In this document: positions 1 to 12,900 of the stretch, piece by piece
Layout of the letters: each line of letters opens with the position of its first letter
Numbering within the stretch: the stretch's first letter is position 1
DNA from: the human T2T-CHM13v2.0 reference genome, Homo sapiens
NCBI RefSeq assembly: GCF_009914755.1
Contig: NC_060927.1
Length of the DNA stretch: 64,000 nucleotides
Strand: one strand, 5' to 3'
Program-made: the position numbers and the translations under genes
The notes under the pieces: model-generated
What the model was told of the DNA's origin: nothing
The model's database searches: none
Seen by the model: only the letters and a program-made list of their open reading frames with translations

Positions 1-63
1 TAGATGACTACTTGATGACTCCCAGATTCTATGTGAAACAAGAAATATGAGACATTTCAATGA

Positions 64-409
<346 letters not shown>

Positions 410-1318
410 TAAGTGATTCTTAACTGGAACTTATCAGTTTGTCACTCTCCCTTCTCATTATTGTGCCAGGATTTTAAATTGTTCCCTGATATGTGGGGCG
501 GGTGGGGGGGGGGGCACACAATGGAGAAGGGCATCCAGGATTCTCTCAGTTTGAAATCACTGCTGCACATTTCTGCTGTATTTGAACTACAGTCACTGAT
601 GAACATGTTCCTCCTCTCTCTAATTTGTTACAGTGGGAAAAGTTTGAGGATCGTGGAATTAGATATTTAAGAACCAATTGAGATGCTGGGGGAAAAAAAC
701 CAACATTTTATATAAAGCCACTTATATGCCTATTAAGCTATTGATTTGTTATGGTAGTACTGTCAGATGACGTTAACTCTTGTTCCTCAAGGGGAGAGTG
801 AGACATGATACTTCTTTCAGCTCTGAATTTCTATGCCACTAAGAACATAAATTAAGCTTAAAATGGACTAAGAACAATGTCAGATATTTTTCCATCACAA
901 GATTAATAAAGATAAGCCAAGGACATTCACATCCTTATTCTACCCAAGCTATGGCTGACAACTGTGTCTATCACTCTCCTCCAATTCCTGGACAGGCAGA
1001 ATGGCTTCCACGAAAATGAACTTCTTGCTAGTGGAAAGGCAAAGAAGTGATATTACAAGGGTGTAGTCAATGAATAAGTGTTTCATTTTTGCTTTCAAGC
1101 TGAAGTGTTATTAAAACCCAGGACCTCATTTGTCTTATCACTGTACAAAAATGAGACAACCTAAAAAAGTGAAGACACCATTCCTATCAACAAAGTGTCT
1201 CCTTCAAACTCCCACAAACATAGGGAACACCAGGTTACACACACACACACACGCATACACCACAGTAACATTTACAATCCTAAAATGCAAACCAAATTTT
1301 TACTTGATGTTTCAGGAT

Positions 1319-2030
1319 TGTGATGGCTTTTCTGATGTGTCGACTTGCTAGGCTACAGTCCCATTATTTATTTAATCAAACCCAGAATTCTAAGGCGGTC
1401 CCAAAACCCCTGCCCTAGCCATGCATCTTTTATAATTCCCTCCCCTTGTGTGTGGGAGACTAGGACTGTGAATGTATTGGATTTCATTTTCATGATTATA
1501 TCACCCAGCAAAAGGGAGTTTGCTGATGTAATTAAGATCCCAAATCAGCTGACTTTAAGAAAGAGAGATTATTTTTGAGGGAGAGAGAGCTGACCTAACC
1601 AAGTGGTCTCTTAAAAGGGTCTGGGTTCTTCCTGGCAAAATAAACTCAATATGTGAGAGGGATTCAACAAGAGGAAGATTCTCCTTTGCTGGCTTTAAAT
1701 ATGCAAGGGGCCATGGGGCAAGAAATGAGGGCAATCTCTAGGAGCTGCTACAATTCCTTGGCAGATACTTAGCAAAGAAACAGGGACCCCAGTCTTACAA
1801 TCACAAGGAATTGAATTCTGTCACAATTATGTGAGCCTAGAACAAGACCCCAAACTCCAAATAAAGTATGCCCTGGGCAACACCTTGATTTTAGTCTTTT
1901 AAGACTTTGATCAGAGAACCCAGTCATGCCATGACCAGGCTTGCCACCTACAAAACTTTGAGCTAAAAAATGGGTAGTGTTTTAAGCTGCTATATTTGTA
2001 GTTGTTATGCAGCACTAGAAAACTAATACA
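1319..2030 (+). mobile_element. MLT2-like 5' fragment (1319-1380) followed by MLT1E/F-like MaLR LTR (1381-2030)
   Basis: TGTGATGG...GTCGACTTGCTAGGCTACAG start; MLT1-type body and terminal GCAGCACTAGAAAACTAATACA. Confidence 0.7.
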
Positions 2031-2289
2031 AAGATCTTGCAATGCCTTCATGTCTTCATTATAAACAGACCATATGTCCTGTTGATAATAATGGAATTGG
2101 CAACACTGCGGAACTTGAACTGACCTTTCTAAACAAAACTCTAATAGCTTAGAGAAAAATAAACTTTAAGTTTTCAAGTTTTTGTATTGCTAATAGAACA
2201 GAAATATTAATGATAAATTTTATGATTACTAGTATTTGCATTCAGTATTTAGTTATTTACAAGGTGTTTTCACATGAACCACATATTAC

Positions 2290-2800
2290 GGTGGTAAAAA
2301 TACTGGGTTTTGATGCCAAAGAGATCTAGGTTTAATTCTTGGCTATTACTCTGACCTTGAACAATACCTTGAATCTCTTTTGCTTCCCTATTTGTTAAAT
2401 GGTAAGAACTCCATCTATCTCCTAGAGTTCTTGAGAGGATAACAGGACACGACTTACATAAAGTATGTGGCACATGTGCAAATAAATGTTAGGTCACTTC
2501 ACTCTTCATATTTGTACTGCAACCACTTCCTTGAAATCAGCAATAATGTCTTATTCATCACAGAATCTGTGATGCCTAGTACGGTGACTGGCACATGGTA
2601 GGCACTTAGTAAAATTTTGTTAAGTAAGAGAGGTATTATTTATATCTCAAACATTTCCATGATGGTGATGCCATCTTTACTGTACTAAGAAGAATTTGAG
2701 GGACAGATAGGTTGAGTTTTTTATCCAACTTTTCTTAAGCTATTAAACAGTGAAGTCTAGAAAACAGCTTTCTAATTTCAAGTCCAGTGCTCCTTCTAAT
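2290..2800. mobile_element. MIR and L2 3'-end fragments
   Basis: Degenerate MIR core (GACCTTGAAC...TTCCCTATTTGT) and L2 tail (GTGACTGGCACATGGTAGGCACTTAGTAAA). Confidence 0.55.
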
Positions 2801-3179
2801 GGACTATATCATACATAGGCACAGAGGTATATAAAACTATATCTTATAGTGTTTCCATGTATTCAGTCCTAGTCCTCCAAAAAATTTAAAAAGGCACAAA
2901 GAATGGTCACTATTATCTGCATTCTATTAAGTAGAATTCACTTCTCTATTGAGCAAATTCTGTTTCTCATTTATGCCTGTATTTGCAAAAATCACGACAT
3001 AGTAAAAATGGTTTCTAATGCTTAAATCCTCAAAGTCCGTAACAAGTAAGTATTCTTATTAGAAAAGAACTTATACTCCATAGTAAGAGTCCTGCCCCAT
3101 TTAACCTTTTTGTGCAGATAACTTTTTAACTGGTTTTTGTTTGTTTGTTGTTTTTTTCAGTTAAAAATGGTTACAACAT

Positions 3180-3962
3180 AGTGGCACCAGATACTGGTGA
3201 GGATGTGGAGAAACCAGATCACTCTTACATTGTTGATGGAAATGTAAAATGAAATAGCCACTCTGGAAAAGTCTGGCAGTTTCTTTAAAAACTAAGCATA
3301 TACTTACCATACAGCCCAGTAACCATACTTCTGAGCATTTATCCCAGAGAAATGAAAACTGTGTCTACACAAGAACCTGTACACAATTGTTCAGAGCAGT
3401 TTCATTTGTAACAGCCCAAACTTGGAAACAACCAAAATGTCCTACTATAGGTAAGTGGTTAAACAAACTGTGATATATTCATACTATGGACTACTACTCA
3501 GCAAAAAAAAAAGTAAGGAAAAAAGAACTATTGATAGATGCAAAAACTTGGATAGATCTCAAGGGCATTGTGCTTAGTGAAAAAGCCCTTCTCAAAAGGT
3601 CACATCTTGTATCATTCCATTTATATAGCATTGTTGAAATGACAAAATTATAGATATGGAGGACAAATTGGTGCTTGCCAGGTTAGGGACAGTGGGAGGT
3701 GGCGGTATGACTAGTAAGAATAAGCATGAGGGAGATGTTTGTTATGATGGATAGGTCTATGTCCTGATTGTGTAGGTAGTTACGCAAATAAACACGTGAT
3801 AAAATGAGAGCGAACCATTAACACACACTGCACCATTGTGAACTTCCTGATTTTCATATTGTGTCACATAAGAGGAAACCATTGGGGGGACTGGGTGAAG
3901 GGCACATGGAAGCTCTCTATCTTTGAATCGTCCTGTAAATCAATAATTATTTCAAAAAATTA
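3180..3962 (+). mobile_element. Old L1M (L1MC/MD-like) 3' end
   Basis: GGTGAGGATGTGGAGAAAC...TTTATCCCAGAGAAATGAAAAC...GGACTACTACTCAGCA, L1 ORF2-end/3'UTR hallmarks. Confidence 0.8.
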
Positions 3963-5354
3963 AAATGGATGCAAAGCCAAATGTCTCAAACCTCTGGTAG
4001 AATTTTCTACATTCTCTATAATAAAACAATACTTTCTCCTTTTAATGGCTCCCAAAATAAGTCTAGTTTTTATTTTTATAGGGTATTTTGCAAACAAAGA
4101 TAAAACAGTCTTTCAATCACACGCAAAATAATAAACTGTTTTTATCTCAGATCCTGGCATTCCTTTCTCTTCCATCTTCATTTCATCTTCTGGCCTTTCA
4201 AATCTCATATTTTGAGTTTTCCAGTTTACCTCTCAGTGACCTGCATTACCCCCCAAAAGTTACTGTTCCCCCATATCTTATTCTTTCATTTCCACAAAAT
4301 TGTACATTACCTCAGAAAAATTTCAACTAGGTATTAGATGATCTAATACCAGTTAGTTGCAGTGGATATGACTGACTGATTACACCCTTCATTAAAGGTA
4401 TACTTAACAACAACAAAAAAAGCTCCTTTGCCCAAATTAATATCAATAGTAAAAGCTACAATGTAAGAGAGATTTCTGAGCAGAAAGACCTTTCAAATTC
4501 TCCTTGCCTACTCGGAGCCATCCCTTGCCCATTCCTCACTGCACACAAATCCCTCTCACAATGCTCTAGGCTAACTTCAACAACTTGATACCTTACTTCA
4601 TAAAATAAACATCCCAGGAAAACAACTAACATTTACAACACACTTTGGTTTATGCTCATTAGACTGTAGAATACATAAAAGCAAGTATCTATTGTCATCT
4701 CCATTTCGGACATGAGGTAACTTGGACTCGGTTAAGCACCTTCTCAAGATCACACAGGTGAATAGTAAGTTGCTGAACAGGGGCTGTAACTCAGACCTCC
4801 TGATTCTCAATCCTAAGTAATGTGCAAACATTTCATCAAACCAAACACCCCATTCCTAATCTGGTAGTAGATTATTTTATAAAAGCTAGGCAAATAGTTG
4901 ATCCAACTGAACAGAACTGAACCTATCTAGAGTTAAGGTTCTCAAAATGTGGTTAAGCCATGATCGGTAATATGACAGGTAATTCTAAATAGAGATTTCA
5001 AAACAGAAAGAACATACTCATATGGGGTTGAAGAACTCAGCTAGCACAGCAGGAAACAGCAAAGAGAGGAGACTATTTACTTCAGCTAATTTTACTACCT
5101 TCTACACCTCAGCAACCCAAGTTTGTGATAAAAAGGGCAGAATCATGGTGCTATCATCAAGTCTGAATTTGAATAAATGAATTTGAATCTCTAGTTCTCT
5201 CATATTTTGGCCAACAAAAAGAAGACCAAAGTAAGGCTAAGCACAGAAAATCTGAAGAAATCATCCATGATAACGTGATTTAATCTCCTGACTCTCCTCT
5301 ATTCTCTCCAGAGGGAGCATGGCTGGGACTTGTCATCCCTTGGTCAAAGTGTAA

Positions 5355-5358
<4 letters not shown>

Positions 5359-5386
<28 letters not shown>
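5359..5386 (+). repeat. A28 homopolymer
   Basis: Direct observation; no adjoining SINE body seen. Confidence 0.9.
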
Positions 5387-5387
<1 letters not shown>

Positions 5388-5781
5388 ACAAAAAACAGAA
5401 GGCTGAATAATTGGAAAGAGACTTGAAAATTAGTCACAGGAAAGAAAGCACTTGGATGGCAGCAAACAGAAATGAAGAGTACATTACCCCAGGACCAATC
5501 AGCCAAATAAAATGGTCCTTAGACCAAAAGTTTGAGAACCACACAATATACAAATTAACAAGTAATACAAATTAAATAGTAAATGTGTTTTACCATGAAG
5601 AGTAGATTAACAAATAGGATAGAAATCACAATCTTAAACTTGCTAAACATTACATCAACATTTATTAATAACAGCCTGCTTTTTGATTCAAAGGAGTACC
5701 TATCCCCATTTGGCCTCCTCTCGAAAGAGGATCAGGTTGCACCAGGACAAATAAAAAAAGAAGCTTTCATAGAAGTCTTAC

Positions 5782-6135
5782 CAACACGATATTTTAGCTC
5801 GATGATCGTTTCACCTTCTCTGGTTAATTCTGTTACTTCACAAGTGTAGTTTCCTGTGTGTGAGACAGCATCACTCTTATCCATCTTCAAAGAGGCATCT
5901 CCTTTTAGTAATTGTGAGACTTCAATTTTTGCACTACTAAAGTCAGTGGGGACAGTGGACTTGTTTAGAGCTCCATCAAAGGTGTAAATATCTCTTCCTT
6001 TAAATTTCCACTTTACGTATACTTCAGTAGTGTTTTGTGCCTCCATATTAGTAACAAAGCATGGAATGACGACAGTGTCATTACAAAACGTGAATTCTAC
6101 AGATTTTGTTTTATTAAATAGTAGCTGAGCTGATC
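5782..6135 (-). CDS. CD47: CD47 coding exon 2 (end of signal peptide + extracellular IgV domain, GSAQLLFNKTKSVEFTFCNDTVVIPC...ELKYRV)
   Basis: Polypyrimidine tract + CCAG acceptor at 6137-6136; 354 nt; donor G|GTAAGA at 5781; phase 1 joins exon 1 (G|GA = Gly). Contains Q19, Cys33/41/114 and five N-X-S/T sequons (NKT, NDT, NTT, NKS, NYT) as in known CD47. Confidence 0.98.
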
Positions 6136-9100
6136 CTGGAAAGGAAAAAGAAAAATGTTTCATTAATTATAGAAGTCTGTACTGTAAGATCTTAGGCATG
6201 TTACAAATCCTTAAGATAAACAGCAACATTTCCATTGTTCACTTAAGTAAACAGTATAGCAATGAAGAAGACCTATTAGGTGAAATATGCAAACAAATTA
6301 TATTTTAATATTAACTTGCACAGCTGGAAGGCATCATTATGACTTTTCTTTATTCATTCTCAATAATACAAAGTATACATTACATGCATCTTGGGAATAA
6401 ATTCAGCATCTATGTTGGAACATGCAGGTGTAGTATCTGGCTTTGGAAGCTTTGAAGTAATCATTACTGCCTACTGATATATGTAGAAAAATATTGTCCT
6501 TATCAAGGTAAAATTTTGAACAGAAAACCAAACCAAATATTTTATTCAGTCTCAACTTCAACACACTGCTAAATAGAACTTGCTGAACTGATATGAAATT
6601 TATCTTTATCCTTATGCTGCATTTCCAAAAAAAGTGGCAGGTTCTACTGTACTTTAATATACAAAGTAAATAGGATGAATCAAATCATATCTTTCCACTA
6701 GGATGGAAAATCTTAAAATACTAATGAGGAAAAAAAAAACATTATCTGTGGCTACTTTCCCATAGCAAAATATAGGCAGCAATAGACATTTTGTATGGGA
6801 GTCTTGAATGACATTTTCCCACCCCCACATTTCATTGACACTACAGAACAACAGTCTCCAAATGTATATTATGGGTATTCTTCCTCCAAGAAACCACAAA
6901 ACGGTGAAAAAGCTAAGTAAGATGCAAGTTGAAACCAAGAGCAGTTACTGCTAATAAGCATCCTATCTACGCTTCTCAATAGGATAAACTACCAGTTGTT
7001 GCCTTATAGAAGAGGCACTGGGTAAATAAATGTAATCACTCATTGTTCAACTAAAATGTACAAGAATGTGTAGGAATTGTAGTTGTCTTCCATATTCTTC
7101 AGCCACTCAGCAACTCTTTTACCTAAGTAGCTACTTGGCCTTCCCCTCAAAACATAAACAAAAACAAAACACAAATTACTAACAAATATAAATAAAATAT
7201 CAACTTTGTTAATAGTTCACACTTAAGATTTACTTCTACATAAACTGGAATAAAAATCAGAGGCATAGAATGTTTCTATTGTAAGAACACTATGTTTACT
7301 CAATAAATACCCCATGAATTGAATGCAAGGATGCATAGTGGAATATAGGTACTGGACAATGTTCAAAACACCTGAGTAAAAATACTATTTCTGCCCCTTT
7401 TTAATATGCTGCCTTAAGCAACTCACTTTTCTATGCCTTGGTTTACTCTCTAAAATAGGAGGATCTCTTAAGTAGGAGGATCAAAAACAAACACCGGGCT
7501 ACTTCACAGAACTGTGTTGAGCATTAACATGGAAAACATAGCGGCAAGTGCTCTCTAAACAATACTATGCTGTAAAAATGTAGGGTGATACTATAAAAAC
7601 TAGATAATCTGGCATTTTAATGTAATGATATGGGCCCTCTTTGACTAGTCCAAATTGTTATATTTCTGGGAAATTGCAGTCTGAACCTATATTGTGGGCA
7701 TCCACAGCTCACCTCTTCCCAGTTTTCTACATTTCTAGCCACCCAAATACTAGGAAGCCCAAGGCAAAACCTGGACTTCCGTTGCATTCTTTAAAACTTT
7801 GGAATTGTGAATTATTTCCCCTGAGAGAGAAACACTGAGGGAGAGAGGACATAGTATACCAGAGAAGAATAAAGGGGTGAAGATGTTCAAATTATAAAGG
7901 AAGGAAAGTATCAGAAAATATGGTGAAGATTTTGAAAGGGATACAAAGACTACTGGGTATCCTTTCAGTCAAGTGCTGGGCAATGTCTAACAGACGCTTT
8001 GGAATTATCTGACTCTATAGAAGCCTGTGCCTTTCACTGACTTTGACTGGGCTGTTTTACAGTTTCATAAGTTGTAGAAAACTGAGAGTAATTCAAATGG
8101 ATTGCTGTCCATACAGATAAAAATAAATCTTGTTCTGCAATTGATTTCCACCTGGTGGAAGAGAGGATTCCAAAAGACTACATTTTACTGCCCTGAGGAT
8201 ATTGACCAATTTTGCATTTATTAGCAAATTCATTTAGGCATTCTTGATTGCCTATAAATGTGTCTGTTTTTCCAATTTTCTTTTAAAAGGGTTTTGCCTT
8301 CTTGCTAGTTTGCTTGTTAATTAATTAGTGAAATAAAATCTTTGACACATGTTCATTTTATATTTGTATGAATCATGGTTTGACTTTCAAGAGATTATTC
8401 TTAAAAAAAAGAGGTACGAATGAAGAACTCAGTCATCCTATGAAACTTTTTGCAAAGGCTTTAATTAAGTAAGTAAGAAGTAGTTGGTGAACAATCCACC
8501 ATTTCATAACATATGTTTAGAGAATGAATTTTCAAAGGAATACAGAAAGCAATAATTATACTGCATTATTTGTTACAATAAAAACATTTTATAGCTGAAG
8601 CAATTTAAGTAGAATAAATGCTATTAGTAAAAATAACAGTAAAATTGACCTGGATAAACCACAATTTGAATAACCTTTGCACTAGTAATTAATAAATAAG
8701 GGCAGGCCAAAAATATCACTCTAGCTGTTAACTACAACTTCAATCTCTATAAAGATGCATTAAAAAACTATTAAGTAGTAAAACTGTCTGATTTGGGGTT
8801 TTTTCCTTTTGCCTACTCCCTTCTCATAAAACAGCAAAGTGAAGAAACTATTTAAAATGTAGAGAGCAAATAAAGAAACACAGATAATTAACATGAATAA
8901 GAAAACTCTGAATAAACAAGATATGCTTATAGCAGTCTAAATCAGATAGCAGCAGACAAATGTAACCAAGAGTAATGCCAGAGTTATAGATAAATTAGCA
9001 AATAAAATGGGAAAATGATTTTATATCAAATGCCAAAAGTATTAGACTTGAAACCTTCATTGGAACTGTACAAGTATTGGTGAATATAGACTATCAGCCC

Positions 9101-9579
9101 AAACCATCTCATATCATAGTCTAGAAAAGAGCTTTGTAGTGGCAGAGAAGACTCAATCCATGGTGGTCACAGCACACAAGTTCAGGTTAGAAATTTTAAA
9201 AATGCAATCAACATTTGTCAAGAATTACCTGTGATGAAATATTGTGATAGGATGTGGGGATATAGTGATGAAAAAATATAGTTATTATCTTTTAGGAGCT
9301 TACAATTCTCAAATGGGCGATGATAAGTATATAATACAAGGTTACAAGTGTTATCTTTTCTGCATGGACAACGTCCTTATGGATGGGCAGAAGAGTAATT
9401 GGTCTTATAGATTTCTAAGAAAATTCATGTTGCTAATAGGCAAAAACAGAAGAATGTCATAGTCCCTGCTCCTCCGGGCCTTCAATCTTTACCATTTTAC
9501 ATATTTCATGTAAATGTTCGCTTCTTTTTAACAACTCTTAAATTACTCCCTTCTGCCCTTTATCCCATACTCTCCAACA

Positions 9580-11560
9580 GTCCTCTCTCCCTATTTCTTA
9601 ATACAAACTGAAACCTTCAGAGGAGAATCCTGAAGCTTCCAATACTCCTTCCCTATAAACCTACCTGTAACCCCAACTATCCACACCTTTTTTTTTTTTT
9701 GCTTCCTTTTCTGAAATGAATCCCATCACCTGAAAGCTAGTTTCCATTTCTGCCTCCATACCCATCAGTCTCCTCAACGACTTTCCTTAGTTGATTATCA
9801 GCCTCCCACATCCCCCATTCCATTTACAAGGTGTTGTTTTTGTGTGTGTCTTTAAAAATTGCTTGAATATTTGCCAACTTAAAAAAAATCCCTCATACTT
9901 TCTCTCTCCCTAGCATCCCAAATTAACAATCTATAAGCATTTCCTCACTTCCAATTCACTCCTTAAATCTGTTACGTGGCCTCCACCCATTCACCCCTAC
10001 TTCTTCATTACTACAGCTCTTGCCAAAGTCACCACCAATCCCTTGTGAAAAATCAAATATGCATGGTTCACTTTCTGTCTTGACTTTTCCACAGTTCTTG
10101 AGCCAGTGGGCAGTCTCTTTCTTGCTCTTCTCTCTTGGCCTCCATGGTATCTCCTGATTACGAATTTCCTCCTGCTTTGTCCACCCCATCCTAGTTTGCT
10201 TTCTTTGTTGAAATCTATTCCTTGACTCACACTAAATGTTAGTGTCCCTAAGGGCTTCAGATTCAGTACCCTCTGCCCCCTAGTATTTTCCCTGACTCCC
10301 ATGGTTTTCTTCACCTGCAAACTTTTAAATAAAAAACTGAATCATGCACTGCCTTTCTTCTAAACTGCAGATGTTGGACAGCCAACTGTCTGCTGTGCAC
10401 TTCCACTTGGATGTAATACAGTTACTTCAAAGTCAGTATGTCCAAAAACTTACGTACCCCCACTTCTTACCCTCAGCCTAAATCACTTTGCTAAAGTATT
10501 TTCTATCATCTACCAGTGAACCAGACCTGGACCTAAGAATCACATTAGATTACTCCCTCTCCTTAGCCATGGAGAATTCTTAGTAGGTTCAACCTAATTA
10601 ATAGTTCCTAAATCCAATGTCTGTTGAATGAATGAATTAGACACTCATCCTCCCCCCTCGAACTACTGCCATACCCTTCTAACCAGCTCCCTGCCTCCAT
10701 CCTCAAGGTTTCTCCATCCTGGCCCTGATGTATTTTCTACAGTTCCCAAAATAACTGTTCTAAATGCAAATGTGCACTCCTTTGCCTAAGATACTTTAAC
10801 AACACCCTCAACCCTTTTCAGGCTAAATTCTAAGTACATTAGCATGGAATACAAACGAGGTCCTTCAAGATCCTTTCCAGCCCCACCTCCTGTACTCCCT
10901 CATTTCCACACTAAGCTCCAATCATAATGACGTTATTGCAATTCCATGACTATGCAAATGCACTCTCATCCCCATGCCTTAGCACATACTGTTCCTCAAA
11001 CCTAAATAGCCTCTTAACTGTTATACACTATTACCCCACTGAGTACATAGGGTGTATAATAGTTAAGTGCACACATTAAGGGGTCGACCCTAGTTTAAGA
11101 TTCACCTCATGTACTTCTTAGCTGTATAACCTTAGGCAAGTTACTTACCTCTGCTCCTCAGTTTCCTCATCTATAAAATGTGCATAGTGATGGTATATAC
11201 CTCATAGAGATATTGTTAAGATTTAATAAGATAACATGTTTTTGTATCACCTTTCACATATACAGCAAGTACTCAATAAATGGCAGCTACAGTTTGCTAA
11301 CTTTTGCTCTTCCTACTAAAGCACAGTTGAGTTGTTCAATCTTGTTCCCCTTCCCTACCATTACTCAATTGTATTCTTCCCCTCCTTATTGCTCCCATTG
11401 CCTTGTGTTCAAATGTTGTCACTGTACCTACTACTGTGTAATTACTATTTTACTTAACTGATCTCTCCAGGCTCAGAAAGTAAGACACTGTCTTCATTTG
11501 GTATCCTAAGAATCTAACACAGGGTCCAGAAAGTAGGATTCAATACCTTCCTTGTGAATG
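9580..11560 (+). mobile_element. L2 fragments interrupted by a MIR (~11050-11290)
   Basis: L2-like pyrimidine-rich text (CTCTTGCCAAAGTCACC, TTCCACTTGGATGT); MIR core CTTAGGCAAGTTACTTACCTCTGCTCCTCAGTTTCCTCATCTATAAAATG. Confidence 0.65.
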
Positions 11561-11789
11561 TAAAAAGTTTAAAGTATAAATTCCATAGAAGAAAAATCTA
11601 AAAATCATGTGGGAGAAGATAGATTTTTCTTCTGTATTTCAAGAGAACCTGCCACTGCTTCTCACTTGTATAGACTTGATTATGAAATCATGAAGCTGCA
11701 TATTTTCATGGAAAATCTCAAGTCACTTGTATGGTTGGATAGAAAAGTTCCTTAAAAATCACAAGAATGTGTCTATGAATGATCTTCCT

Positions 11790-12900
11790 AGAGGGTGATG
11801 TTTAAACTGGGTCTTAAAGGATGAGTAAGAATGTTATGGGAAAGAAGGGGCTTTCTAGGCAGAGTAACGTGTACAGCCAGATAAAGAAAGTGAAGAACTG
11901 AAAGCAGAGAATTATTTAGGTGAGCTCTAGGAAATGAGGTTGGAAAAGATGAATAAGAAAAATTCTAAAGGGCTTCCTTGAATGTCATGCTGAGTTTAGA
12001 CTTGATAACATAAACAACTGTAAACCACTCAGATTTAATTTCATTAAAAAAAAAACATTGACAGCAGTGTAAAGGAAGGACTGAGGGCAGCAAGGGAAAA
12101 GAGAAAGGGAGATCCGTTAACAGACTACTGCAATAGTCCAGGTAAAGAACAACTGGAGAGAAGACCTAAAACTTACAGTAATCAACAGAAGTTAGTTGTG
12201 GGAAGCAGGGGAGATAAAGAGGGGAAAATTAAAATTGTGAACCAAAATAGTATGTGTAGCTAGTTAGATGGTAGGCTAATTATAGAGAAAAGAGGCTTAA
12301 ATATTTGGGGAGAATATCTTTCCATCTGTCAATGGACTAGTGAGATCTGATGCACACTATGTTTGAGAAATGAGAGAGAAACAAGATGGCTTTATCAAGC
12401 ACTTAAAATATATTAAGTGGCAGTGATTCTTTTACAATAAATTTGGCAGTGTAAGAAAGCAGAGAAGGCAACAACTGACAATGTGCAGGCAGGAAGAAGG
12501 GCAAGGACATTTTGGTTCTTGAGGTTTTTTGTTTTATTTTTTAATATGGGGTAAAATTTGATCATGTGTGCAAGCTACGGGGAAGGAGTCAATGGAGAGG
12601 GAAAGATCTAAGATGCAAGACTGAAGAATTATGCTGACTGAGCAGGTCTCCAAGATGGTAGAAGTGAAAAGGTGGTAGACAGGTTGTCCTTTCGTTGGAA
12701 AAGTGAGTAGGTTTTCTTCTGAAGCTGGATGACGGAAGAGAATGAGACGAAGGTTATCTAAGATGTTATAGATCAGTTTAGTAATGGTGGGAGGGAAGCA
12801 GAGGGAGTCCAAACCACACACCACTATTTTTTGCAGTAGAGTAGGAAGTTAATTATCTGCTGGGAATGGATGTTCAGGAATGGAGTAAGAAGTCTCAGCA
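11790..12900 (-). mobile_element. L2 fragments, antisense
   Basis: Purine-rich L2 antisense text (CTGGGTCTTAAAGGATGAGTAAGA, GACTACTGCAATAGTCCAGG). Confidence 0.55.

Noticed and set aside
6136-6163. In-frame ATG (MKHFSFSFP) upstream of exon 2 in the ORF track
   Set aside because: It lies in the branch/polypyrimidine region of the intron 1 acceptor; no promoter evidence nearby.
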